Shown here piece by piece: positions 50,068-62,200 of a stretch of DNA of 64,000 nt (position 1 is the first letter of the stretch; each line of letters starts with the position of its first letter). The stretch is taken from assembly GCA_035084275.1 (NCBI GenBank), contig CM068749.1, forward strand, positions 18,042,001 to 18,106,000, given 5' to 3'. The notes under the pieces are model-generated. The model saw nothing but the letters and a program-made list of their open reading frames with translations. It did no database searches and had not been told where the DNA came from. The position numbers were made by a program, and so were the translations under genes. This DNA is from Hydrolagus colliei (lineage: Eukaryota).

Positions 50068-50514
50068 GGCTAGCACTTTTGCCTCTGAGTCAGAGCGTTA
50101 TAAGTTCAAGTACATAGCCTAAGTTGACACTTCTGTTCAGCACTAGGAATTATTGTGTTGTTGGAGGTTCTTTCTTTCAGATGAGATGTTAAACCTAGTA
50201 TAATTGCAATATGATCTACCCTGTGTCAGGCACTGAAGGAATAGAGTCCTGATGGCACAATCCATGAAGCTAGAATAAATCAAATTCTGTCTATTCAGAT
50301 GGACTTGACACTATTTGAAAAGAGAACATAGTTTCTCCTGGTGTGCTGGCTGACCAATAATGCTCCACATTACTTGGTCATTAGGCTCAGGGCTGTTTGC
50401 GGGATTTGCTGGCAGAAGAGATGCTGTGTATTTGTAGGCAAATACGACCACTTCACTTGTCAGTAACTATCTCTAAAGTGTTTTGAAATATTTCAAAACG
50501 ATAAGCATTACATA
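50068..50514 (+). mobile_element. Old near full-length DeuSINE with ~80-bp internal insertion
   Basis: tagcacttttgcctctgagtcagag head, ctttcagatgagatgttaaacc, cactatttgaaaagag, ggctgtttgcgggat and a degenerate tail. Confidence 0.82.
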
Positions 50515-51895
50515 ACTCTCTTGCTGTCATGATCTCCTGCCCTGCAAAATTAATGTGATAACATATCTTTCTTGCGGTCAAACTCAAACTCTCTATCCTG
50601 CGATCTATGTGGGATAGCCAGGCTAGCAATGCTATACCTTCAGCTGGGTTTGGCTCACTGGTAAGCTGGAGTGGTTCACTCTCAGTGGAATGCAAACCTG
50701 AATCTACAGAGCTTTGAACGCATGTATCCATTACTCTTTAGCTGGATGACTCTTGTGTGACTGCTTTCATTGTTATCTCAAGCACAACACATGAAAACTG
50801 ATTTTTTTTTGGTCAACTGACAGCAGAACATTAATATTTCAAGGTAAGTTAATTTATGCAATGTACAGCCCATCAGATAAGTAGAATCTCCTCTGTGTTT
50901 TGCAGTTATTATACTGCACTTTTGGTGCCAGTGATATTTTGGGTGCTCCAGTGCTAATGTGGTATTGTACTATGCAGCTCTGGGGGTTTGTTAATGGCTG
51001 AGGCAAGATTTTACACATGGTTTTGCTCTGTAATAATTTTGAGGATGAACAAAATGACTTTGGTGAGTTAATGATTGTAAACATCATATCAATCATTGCA
51101 TTCTGTTTTGTCAAGTTTGACAGGTTGAATTTTTCTAATATTTCCACCTGTTTTGCCACTGAACCATTCTCATGTAATTCCTGCAGCCAAGAGATATTTT
51201 GTCAGGCTGTTATAGGTATTTAAAACTACATCCCCAAAATGTAAGCAAATTATCATATGTAATCACATAAACAATTGCTTCAGTGCAAACTTCTGGATTT
51301 CGGACACAAGAATGTTCACTGAGCCTGGCAAGCCTGGATTTGCAATCTGCCCCTCGCATGCATTGCCTAACCTTGAGAACAAACCAGGCATTCATTCTAT
51401 CTAAAAAAATAGCTCTCTCGCTTTCTCTGGTCTGCTGACATTGTCTCTCTGTGAGTTGTAACATCATAAAGGTGATTCCATTGTCACTTCTGCCACACAA
51501 TCTTACCGTAACTGCCACTGACACACCAACCCACATACACAGACAATAAGGTTACTGTTATGTGCAAGTGGTTAAGGTTTTTATCACTGTGACATGACGA
51601 GTGATGCTGCAGGGTGGTTGGTCTCAGTTTGAGTAAGTCTAGCAATCTATAGGCATGAAAGAATACAGTAGTGACAACAATACAGTATTTGCAACTTTTT
51701 ATCGCCCCCCCCCCCACCCACCATCCCCCCCAAAAATCTTTAATATTCTCTTTTATACCACAATCTGAATATACTGGTCACACACCGATAGCGAATTCAA
51801 TCTTTCTCTCGTCATGAGATGCTGTCCCACTGTTAACAGAACCAAATGACAGCACACAGAGGAGGCAGCAGCAAAAGAAGATTATCTACGGTTAT

Positions 51896-51950
51896 TTGGT
51901 CTCGAAGACGTGATAAGGCGCTGTAACAAATGCACGGGTTATATTTTATA
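51896..51950 (+). mobile_element. SINE extreme 3' tail
   Basis: gaagacgtgataaggcgctgtaacaaatgcacgggttat. Confidence 0.6.
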
Positions 51951-52619
51951 TATATTATATATTTTTTATAAACATAGAATAAGGTCAATCATGCAAATTG
52001 TTGTTATTAGCACATTTTCAGGAGGCTGTCCTAGTTACCAATTCATATATAGGATTACACTGGAAAGTCCCTCTCAGCATCTCAGTTTATTTAAAACAAT
52101 TAAAATCATACATTTTTAAAGAACATTATCTTTATGTAAATGGATACATTTCTCCACATAACAAAATTATCATTGGTAGCAAATATTTTAATGCACCTCC
52201 TCCAAATTTGTTATGTACAAAAAGCATATTTGAATTTCCATCTTTTGAAAAAAAATTCTTGTTGCAAAATGCAATCATACAATCTTGATCTATTATTTGT
52301 AAGCATGGCTTCCTGTTGAGATCTTCAGTCACTGGATGCAAGACAGTGATCTAAGACTATGAAGCATAAAGTATTTGCTTGTACCACACACCAAGCAGAC
52401 TATGCTTTTATACAGTATGTGATACAGCAAATCAGATTGCCATACATTATTCTGTGGACTTATTAAGACAAAAATGACATGCACCAAGTACTGTAATAGG
52501 AAGAAATTTATTTGATATAGAAAGAAACCTAGTTCTGTGCCTGTGAACAATAGCCTCGTACTGATACCATCGTCGGTATCTTCATTCTGGAGTCAACAGT
52601 GGAATTCATGTTTAGCCAG

Positions 52620-52702
52620 CAAATGGTTGCCGCCTATGTGTGGGACGTCCTCCGGACATGAATGGCGCTATACAAATACAATTTTGTTGTTGTTGTTGTT
52701 GT
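52620..52702 (+). mobile_element. L2-type tail with (ttg)n
   Basis: tgggacgtcctccggacatgaatggcgctatacaaatacaatt(ttg)n, the same tail type as 32062-32132. Confidence 0.75.
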
Positions 52703-53611
52703 ATGGAAGAAAACCTTTCAATACTAAGGGGAAAGTTTAGAACACCAATTGTGTGGGATGTGGCGAATCACTGAAAAATGTTGGGTTTATGATAAACATG
52801 TCAATTCAGTTTTGGCGACTTAGTTCCAACTTAATGCAAGCAGTAATGCTTTGTAGTTTGTGCATCACAAATGAACCATTCCATTGTTGACTGTTCATTT
52901 GATAGGACACAATTGTAAAAGCATCAAATCGTTTAGGCTTGTTGACATCTCTTTGTCCATAAGACAGCAATACATAGGTAACCATAATGTAATGGTCCAG
53001 GTTAATGTAATGTCATTATATCCTTCAGGAAAACATTAAATTCTTAAAAGCTTAATCTACTGTGTATTTTTGTACTAATCAAAATTTATTTTTAGATTTA
53101 TTGTAACATGTTATTTTCATATATAGATCATGTATATAATCACGTTGAATAGCAATGAACAGTCAGAGTAAGAGATGGACATGGGGAATTTTTTGCATAT
53201 TGTCTAATAATAATCATGATTAAGTAGGAACAAGAAAGCTGACCCGCCAACGGTAATTAGTTAATCAAGACCTACAGTCACTGAGAGCTGCTATATATAG
53301 CTTCAATAGCCTAGATCCATTAAAAACAGTCTAATAGCAGGGTACACAAGTGTTAGGCTCACGTTTCAACTGAATTCTGGTAGACATTTATGTTTCAAAC
53401 ATTTGTGCTGTACTGAAATCTTTAAATGACTCATGCTTTATTATGTTGCTCTCCCAAAAAGTTCTAATCAGCCATCCAGCATGAATTAGAGGAATTCTTG
53501 CTGGAAATCTCTGATCCACTTGTCAAAAACACAGATTGTAATTAAATATACAGTATAGATTTAGAATTCTGCCGATACAAATATTTTTTCTCCACTATCC
53601 TTCAGGTAAAT

Positions 53612-53840
53612 TGTTAAACCAAGATCCCTCCAGTCTGTCTGTTCAGGTGGATGTTAAAGATTCTACAACACTATTTGAAAAGAGAAGGAATTTTCTCCCA
53701 GTATCCTGGCCAACAATTAAAATAAAACTGTACTTCATGGCTGTTTGTGTGCAAATTGGCTGCCATGTTCACCTCCAAAATACAGTCACTATAGCCGGCA
53801 GTAAATCCTGCAAAGCGCTTGTTACAGTAAGGCTATTATT
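53612..53840 (+). mobile_element. Old DeuSINE fragment
   Basis: tgttaaaccaagatcc...caggtggatgttaaagatt...cactatttgaaaagag...cctggccaac...gcaaattggctgcc. Confidence 0.85.
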
Positions 53841-54783
53841 TAGTCCCTTACAACTTTGTAAATGATACATATCTATTCTAGATTCTTATTATACAACCAG
53901 TAGAAAATATAAGGTTCCATAGATAGCCAACACGTAACTAAAGTTCATATAGTCAATAGTTGCAAAACGATTTTATGGTTTCCTCAGCTGGTTTTACTGA
54001 AACAGCTTTGGAGAGAGGGTGGGGAGAAAAGATCAGAACCATTCAAGCTTTGCACAACAGTTCTCCTTGACCAAAGAGTCTGTTTCCATTCATCTGTCAT
54101 ATTCACCTTGAATCACCTGCAGAGAGATCTATGGAAGAAGAAAAGGTTTCTAAAGAACAAAGATGAATGAAACTTCACTGATGTCCTTTTTTTGTAAAGT
54201 GAAAAATCTAAATCATTGGACAGTTTTGTAGCCATATTTTTCAGGAAAATGTGTTAACAAATGGGATCCCATTAACACATGACAAATAGCACTAAATGTA
54301 TATTTACACCACATATGTCATAATTCTCGATTGTATCATGCATTATACCTCCTGGCCTACACACTGAAAAAAATATTAAGTCCATGCCTAGTTTTCGCCC
54401 ATTTTGGATGAGATATTTCACAATTATGCATCATTAATGTTTTCAAACATTTACTATCCATTTCAGATTATATTTTGCAATTTTGTGTATATCTTACACA
54501 AGTAATGGTTAGATTTGACATTTTAAGGATACTTTGGCTGTTGATAAATTTAGTGACTGGTGAATAATATATTCTCTGCTGGTCTGTAAGTGTATATACA
54601 GACCTTGGTGCTCTGAGTTTATAAAGGAAATTAATTTGCATTGAATCAACACGATACAAAGCCACCCCCTTATAAAGCAGTAATTTGCGTTTAATACCTC
54701 AGGCAATATACAGAACTGTATTATAATAAATCATGGAAAAAAAGTACCGACTTCCATGTTGATAAAACATTGTCTGTATGCTT

Positions 54784-54815
54784 ATTATACACAAGTGATA
54801 TTATACACAAGTGAC
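54784..54815. repeat. 16-bp tandem duplication
   Basis: tattatacacaagtga x2. Confidence 0.85.
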
Positions 54816-56689
54816 ATTGATTCCTTTGTAAAGCGACTTCTGCAATGGGCAAGAAATTGCATCATTTCAGTGAACGAACGGTTAGCTTTTTTTTAATGCG
54901 CGACACTAGAAGCTAGCCAGCATCAGAAGGGATCAACTTCAAGGATTCTCATTCCCACTTTCACATCCCTCAATCCCTTGCTCCGCCATATCTCTGTGTT
55001 CATCTGCAGTCCCATTCCCCTACTGGTTCCCGCAAGCATGGTTAAATTACAAATAATATCATAACCGCTTCATCACCAAAACACCTTGTTTATCTAGCCA
55101 CAATTTTCCAAAATGACCCTTTTAAACTTATAAAATAAACACAAGATGCAAAGAGCAAATACTTTCTTTCCATACCCTCGAAAGAATCTAAAGCTCAGTT
55201 TATACAAAAATCAATCTGTAGCACAGCCCTACTTTTAAAACATTTTCACTTAAAACAAATACATTGCACTGAAATGAACTAAGTTTCAACAGTGGCACAG
55301 TAGAAAAGCAGCATAAAAGTCAGTTCACCTGGTTTGTAGCCTCATGATGGTTCTATCCTGACTGTAACACGAAGGTACCTTGGGGCCGAACATCTTAAAA
55401 TTTCAAAGTAGCTTTAACTTTTGGAGAAACTTTATCCTTTGATTTGTTTCAGAAGAACAAAAATGAAAGGGACAGTGATACATATTTTAAGCCCTATGAA
55501 TTCACAATGGGGTTTCAGAATAAAGTAGTAAAAACCTTTGAACTAAACAAAGGTCCATCACTGTGCACTTCATTTCACAAGTACCTTATAGAAGAGATGG
55601 AGCCAGAGAGAGGGACCAGCTGGCCTTTGCCAAAACCCCTTACTGACATAGCACAACAGCATAATTTGCACACTGTACCTAGGCTTTTGCCTGCTACGTC
55701 ACACACCCCTTTTTGGCCCATTCCTCTCATCTCATATAGCTTTTAACAGCCAATGCCCCGTGAAAGCACCTCTCATGGGTTCACATCTGCGTATCTCTTT
55801 GTACTAGCCCAAAGCCAGCAGCCTAACAAGTTGCATTTAGTTGATTAAAGTGGTCCCATAGATAGTTACTTGGGCACTTACCCAGCCCTTAGATTAAAGA
55901 GGAAGAATACTTCTCGCAAGATATTACAAATCTACCGAATTTGAAAGGGTCAGCAGAAGACAAACATGGCATTTAGGTGTGCACTTCTTTTATAATGGAG
56001 GCAATAGGAGGCTTTTAGTCCAAATGATTTCTAATTGGACCTTTGTTCAGGAAATGCAGTTGCATTATTGCTAACCCCAAATAATTGCTCAACACTCCTT
56101 TCTAAAAGCATCTTTACAGCTCATTTTCTTGGGATCTATTTAGAAATATCATTGTATAGTGCATTCATTTCAAAGGACAAAACTAAACTATTCTTATGCA
56201 GAAAGTCCAACAAAAAATTACAATTAAATAAATGTGATCCCTTTGTACATCCTCTTTTATTCAAACACAATGGCAGTGTATCTATCAGCAATTTACACTC
56301 AGGCTGTGGTTTAGAGTAATGGAGAATCTACACTCAAAGCAGACTGAAAGACATTCTTGATGCCAACAGTCAACTTCTTCCAGCTCCTGGAAACTCGGTC
56401 ATGTACATAACAGGCATTTTAGCTTTCCTTTGTATTTGAGGAGCATAGCACCGCATTGGCTATGGATGAAACAGAACAAAATTTATTTTAAATTAATGTA
56501 TTGAAGTACGTTAAGTGTTTTATTTCAACTGCAAATATAAGATAGATTGATAGATTATTTAACATATTATGTGCCATATACAAATACAAGTATTTTCTGC
56601 ACTATGTGTAAAACATATGCAAATATATGTAGAAACATACAATTAAAGGTGTCCTTATTTATAACTAGCAATAAATTAAAATGATTGAA

Positions 56690-57160
56690 AATTATGAGAA
56701 GAGATTGGGAGAACCTGTTTCCACTGGCAGGTGGGTCGGTAACCCAGGAACATAAATTTAAGATAATTGGAAAAAAAAATTGAGTGGAGATGAGGAAAAA
56801 ATTTTATACACAGAGAGTTGTTTCAGTTGGGAATGTACTGCCTGAAAGGGTGATGGAAACAGACTACTTGTATATAACAACTTTATTGAAGGCTTGCTTC
56901 ATGTCCCCCACCATTGGTAGACGGGCCTTCAGTCACCTCCCTCTGGAACTCCATCCAACAGTCCCTCCGCCTCGCCCCTTCCTTGCCTGCTTTAAGACTC
57001 TTCTCAAGACCCTCCTCGTCAACTGTGCCTTCAGTCACCTTCCTTTGCAATGAAAATGGGGAAGGAGCGGGGAAGTGGGATGATTGGGTAGCTCTTCCAA
57101 AGAGCCAGCACAGACACCTGGGGCCAAATGGTTTCTTCTCTGGTGTAATATTCTATGATT
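56690..57160 (+). mobile_element. CR1 3' end interrupted by an L2 fragment
   Basis: EMRKKFYTQRVVSVGNVLPERVMETD, resuming after ~57045 with ggggaaggagcggggaagtgggat...gggccaaatgg...attctatgatt. Confidence 0.88.
56895..57045 (+). mobile_element. L2 ORF2 C-terminal fragment
   Basis: TIGRRAFS / LWNSI / FKTLLKTLL motifs, homologous to 4640-4780. Confidence 0.8.
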
Positions 57161-57214
57161 GGTTATTATTTATACAATTGATCAATAATTTTCATTGGTT
57201 AATTATTAATTATT

Positions 57215-57450
57215 AAATTATTCCTTGTGTTTGATATAGTGCTTATAAGGTTAAAAGGTAAAAACATCACAGCTAATTTCTGTGGTTGTGTATTTTGAAG
57301 GCCAACACAGCAGCCAATTTCAGCACAACAAGTCTCTTAAATACACATCCCTGAGGTGACTGACTAGCTGGAGGATGGTTGGCCAGAACACTCAGAGAAA
57401 TTCCCTTTCTTTTTTTATTAATTGACGTACAATCTTTAATATTCACCAAA
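57215..57450 (-). mobile_element. Old DeuSINE fragment
   Basis: tccttgtgtttgatatagtgc...cagcagccaattt...ttggccagaacactcagagaaattccc. Confidence 0.75.
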
Positions 57451-58144
57451 CGCTCTGGGATGCTATCCTTTGTGAAGATCATTGTATAAATGTGAATTGT
57501 TGTACAGTAATTATAATCAAGCAGTCAGGGCATCCACATCCAGGCAAGTTTGTTTTTTTGCACAGGTTACACAGGTTACACACGCTGATATTCTTCAATG
57601 TGGCTAAATGCATCTAATCTTTTTGAGAGGTTTTATGCAATACAAACTCAGTTGAAATAACTGTTTCCTGGTTAGATCAAACCAGACAAAATGCTGTAAC
57701 GGCTGTGAAAGACTATGCATCATTACCCACAATATGAACAGCTATCAGAGTGCTGATTCTTCCTGTGTTTGGGCTGAACTTTCAAATTCAGCCACAGGCT
57801 TCACTCTTGGTGGTTCTTTTCTGTCAATTCCTTTAAATGTCATGTTGCAACCATCCATCCAACTTCCTCTCTCCCTTCACCCCCAACACAACTAACTGCT
57901 TCTTGAACAGTTCAACGTGAAAATATTTTTAGGATATCTTTTATGCTCTAAATGTTCTACTTGGTAGTTCCCTCAGAGAGCGGTATCATTTCAGAGGAGT
58001 GTCAGCAGAGGTCCAACGAAAAGCAAAGTGTTTCAACTGACTGCTGAGGAACCAATCGATGAATTTTCCCTACCGTGTTCTGTGTTAATAAGTCGACAGT
58101 GTTAAGCTGAATTGATTGGTTATATACCAACTTATTTAATAATA

Positions 58145-58260
58145 CCGACAAAATGTCATAGACCTGAAATGTTAACTCATTTTCCTCTCTCTATGGATGC
58201 TGCCTGACCTGCTGCATGTTCTCAGCGACTTCTGTATTTACACCAGCTGCAGTACTTTGC
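58145..58260 (+). mobile_element. Penelope-like repeat half
   Basis: gtcatagacctgaaatgttaactc...ctctatggatgctgcctgacctgctg, homologous to the right arm at 32208-32290. Confidence 0.7.
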
Positions 58261-58365
58261 TACATTTATTTATACTGTTTTGGATCATTTGAATCAACTT
58301 GTAAAACGTTTCTGAAATGAAATTACTGAAAACCGGTTGCAAAATTAAGCCTGTATTTCAGAATT

Positions 58366-58608
58366 TCCCGTGCCATTTTTCAAAAGGAGAAGGGAGTTTC
58401 TTCGAGTATTCTGGCCAACAATCCCCCAAATAAAATGGGTCACATACACTATGGCTGTTTGTGGAATTTTGCTAGGCATAAACTGGCTGTGGTTTCCCCA
58501 ACAAAATATGCAATCAACCACTTTACAGTATTTCCTGTGAAGCGCTTTGATGTAAAGCCCTCTTAATGATGTGATAAGAAACTATATTAAATTGAAGGAT
58601 TATTATAA
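58366..58608 (+). mobile_element. Old DeuSINE 3' part
   Basis: agggagtttc...ctggccaacaatccccc...ggctgtttgtgga...cactttacagtatttcctgtgaagcgctttga...aaggattatt. Confidence 0.85.
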
Positions 58609-59795
58609 TTTAGCAGTGTAAGAACATGGGAAATCATGGATTAGAAAAATTACTTGTCAAGAGATCCCAAGGAACAGAGAATAAGTGGTGTTATGGTCCA
58701 AAATGTGCATTTGTTAACCTCAATTGTTAAAATAAATCTCAATTTAACATTATTCAGGTACCAAAGTAGAACAATTTTAAAACGCAAAAGAATAGCTGGG
58801 CAGCTAAAGCTACATCTTTTGTTGATCAATGAATAATTAGTGGAATGGGATTTCAAATAATGCAGAGCGGATGACTTATAGAGGGAAAAACACAGAGGCA
58901 CAAAGGTGGGCCCACCTCACATCAGCAAAGTCAGCAAAACAGCCTTATCCTCAATTTGCAGACTCACCACAGACTACAATTTATTTTCTCTTGCAGTCTG
59001 CAAAAAAAGAAGTCCAGAAACACTTGAGCAAACTCCCCCAATTCCCCCCACCCCATCCCATCCCACCTGAAGGAACCACTACTATGCTAAACATTAATAT
59101 TATGAAGCTTCACCAGTACAAAGATGCAAGTTGCAACATAAATCACTCATCCATACGGAAGCCACATTCATCATTCTAAACATTGAAACAATAAGCAGGC
59201 CGACAGGAAATTCAAAAATACGCTCAAGTAATACAGTATCATCATTATATTGCCATTACATAAAAAGGTGTAACATACATGGTGTGACAGTGCCTTCATT
59301 TCCGCCCAAGAGAGAAAGATAAAACAGCTGAGGCAACCAGGTGACAGAGAATTCTGTGCAATAAACCCTCAGGGGTCATCTCCAGCAGCAACATCTAAAA
59401 GCAGGGGGTTCATCCATTTCCATAAGAAATGAACAGCAATACAGAGATCCTGAGCAAGACTCACCTGGTGCAGGATATAAACCCATCCAGGAAGTTTTTC
59501 CTAGAATCAGCCCATCCAACTAGCAAACTCCAACACACTGGGTGTATCTCAAGCAGGAAGAGCTTGTTGTTGTCCACAATGAAAATTAACAAGAACTGAG
59601 GGTGCTTTGAGTACTCACAGCAGATAAGATACCCTCTGGTCTCTGTCAAATGAAAAAAAAATACCCCTAAACCAAATAATCCTTTGGTCAAGAGCAAAAT
59701 TGTGTTTACAGCTAATGAGACAGCATAGAAAATCAACCAGGGCCATGATTCATGTTTTTCAAAAGCTGAATCCTTCCAAACTTGTAATTATTGGA

Positions 59796-59900
59796 CAAAT
59801 ATGCAGTCAATTCACTTTACAGTATATTCTGTGAAGCGCTTCGTGATGTCTAGAAGACATGAAAAGCGCTTATCAAATGCAAGGATTATTATTATTATTA
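59796..59900 (+). mobile_element. Young SINE 3' tail (5'-truncated)
   Basis: cagtcaattcactttacagtatattctgtgaagcgct...tagaagacatgaaaagcgct...aaatgcaagg(att)n. Confidence 0.92.
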
Positions 59901-61409
59901 AAGAGCACACCCTCCACTCAGAAATCAGGTGGATAGCGAGGAAAGCCTCTGTATCACTCTTTGGCTTCTGCTGTGGAGTGACACAGTAGGCACCTTTGGA
60001 GTAGCTTTAATCTCACTACGTATATGATGGCATCACAGGTCTTCAGGGCCCCATTTTCAAACTGTTGGATGTAAAGAGATTTTAGGCCGCTTTCCAGTAT
60101 TATTCCCAGAGACTTAATGGCCATTGAATCCCATTGTGGACCTTTGCATACTTGCAATGCAACGAAAGTGATCTAAGAGCTGTTGCAAGCTTGTTGATGG
60201 AACTTTGCTTTGGTGCTTGTATGAAATATCATCAGTACATATATTGAGATGAATAAAATAACTTGATTAATATTGCATGTATTGTATGTTGCATTTTATT
60301 AGGCACTGTAGTAATTAATTAAGCTTGCCAAATGTGTTGCAGTTTTATTTTGTAGTTGGAAGGTTAAACGATATTTCTAAATGCCTTTTTCTGGGTTTTC
60401 TAATTATATATTTAGGTAATTGTATTAGATTTATGAATAATATCACAGGTGGTACTACTGTTTGTAGAGGGCTAGAATAGATGTCAAAGTTAAACAAGCG
60501 TCAGGCCCAATTAGTGCTCCCAACACTCTTCAGTAGGTTCAATAATGGTGAGCTCTCTGGTGGGAGCATTAATTGCGTACGCCACCAGTAACGGTCTTTT
60601 TACACAACTGCACATCCAACAATATTTCAAGTGATAGAAACCTGCACCGGGCTTGTTAAAAATAAAAAATGAGACTGTCCAATGGGAACTGGAACGATCA
60701 CTAACTAATCACAGGGAAGGTTCAGTTTAAGAAATTAATATCTGGAGGTTAGAACTATTTGCATTGCAAACGTGCTGGTGCAATGCAAAGGTTATGAAAT
60801 CACTCCACAAACGTGTTTAAATGGTAATTCTGGACATAGCAATAATCCTATTTCATGTTGATTTACGTGAATAGAAAAACAACAAAATCAATTTCAGTCT
60901 AAGCTCACTGTAGATAAACTCCAATGGGGAAAACAAAGTAAATTTGCTTAACGACTCCGTATATTTAATTGCAAGTATATATAACTTGGACCTACTTCAA
61001 TTTAGATCTGTTTCTACATCAGAGATGCTTACAAGCTACAGTATGTACAAGATTTGTGCACTTCCCATTTGTTAATTTTGACTCAACCTGCATGTGTATA
61101 TCAGTTTCATTCTTAAGACTATTTTGCTGTAGTTGTAAATTGAATTATATTTAACCTGTTATTATACCTAATACTATGCAAATACCATAATTCTGCTCAA
61201 TCATCAAACAGTGATCTATTGCTTTAGGATTCTATACTTAAATATCATTTCACAAGTGGTTTAATTATTTGTGATACCTTATACATATGGGTATCTTAAA
61301 ATCTGTCACAAAATGTTTACAAGTACAGTACATTTAATTTTACAGTAAGTCCTAATAATTGTTGCACCAACTAAGAGGTGAAAAATGAAGGTTCTTCTTT
61401 TTTAACTTT

Positions 61410-61530
61410 TTGAAAGAAGAAGAAATTTTCTCCCAGTGTCTCAGTCAACAATTTCCCAGATAAAATTGGTTGTTCACTTTGTGGCTGTTTTGTGGGATAT
61501 TTTGTCATGTGCAAATTGGCTACTGCATTT
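61410..61530 (+). mobile_element. Old DeuSINE fragment
   Basis: ttctcccagtgtc...aaaattggt...ggctgttttgtgggat...gcaaattggct. Confidence 0.75.
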
Positions 61531-61985
61531 GGTGCAGCGTCTCTCTGACCTGGACGACATGAATTACTATAAAATAAGTGTAGTGACTATGTATTTTGGA
61601 GACAAACGCCCATTATACGATCAGCCCATGGAACCTAGATCAAGACTTTAATTGTATTTGCAGTCAATAGAAATATTGTAAGAATATTGTACCAACTGTA
61701 AGAGTTAACTTATTTTGCATATTTGATAAGAGTCTTGTTGATAATTCAAGTAAATGAGCGACTGAACATTTTGACAGTTCAAGGTGCCATTATTGGTTTG
61801 AAGATACCAGCACCATTGTTTATTTTATATTGGCAAAAGAAGGAGATTACTGAACATTTCATACTTAATTTTCATATTGTAATCAGATAGATCACAAAAA
61901 TACACTTCCTCTAATCACTTAAGCTACTTTAAATCCGTTTTCTATGACTCTTCAGTGGTACATTCATTATGCCAAAAGGATTATT

Positions 61986-62200
61986 AATAATAATAATCCT
62001 TGCATTTGATAGTGCACATTTTACATCAGGAAAATGTGCAAAAACGCTTCACAGGATATAATTGTGCAGTGATTGTGTGGTTTGTAGGTGAACAGAACTG
62101 CTAATTTACACACAGCTTTGTACCACAAACACCCATGAAGTTAATGACCAATTTTATCTGGGGAACTATTGAACAATGAATTGGGATCTTTAAAGTCCAT
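61986..62200 (-). mobile_element. Old DeuSINE 3' part
   Basis: (aat)n ccttgcatttgatagtgc...cgcttcacagg...ccacaaac...tgaccaattttatctggg...gggatctttaaagtcca. Confidence 0.82.
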
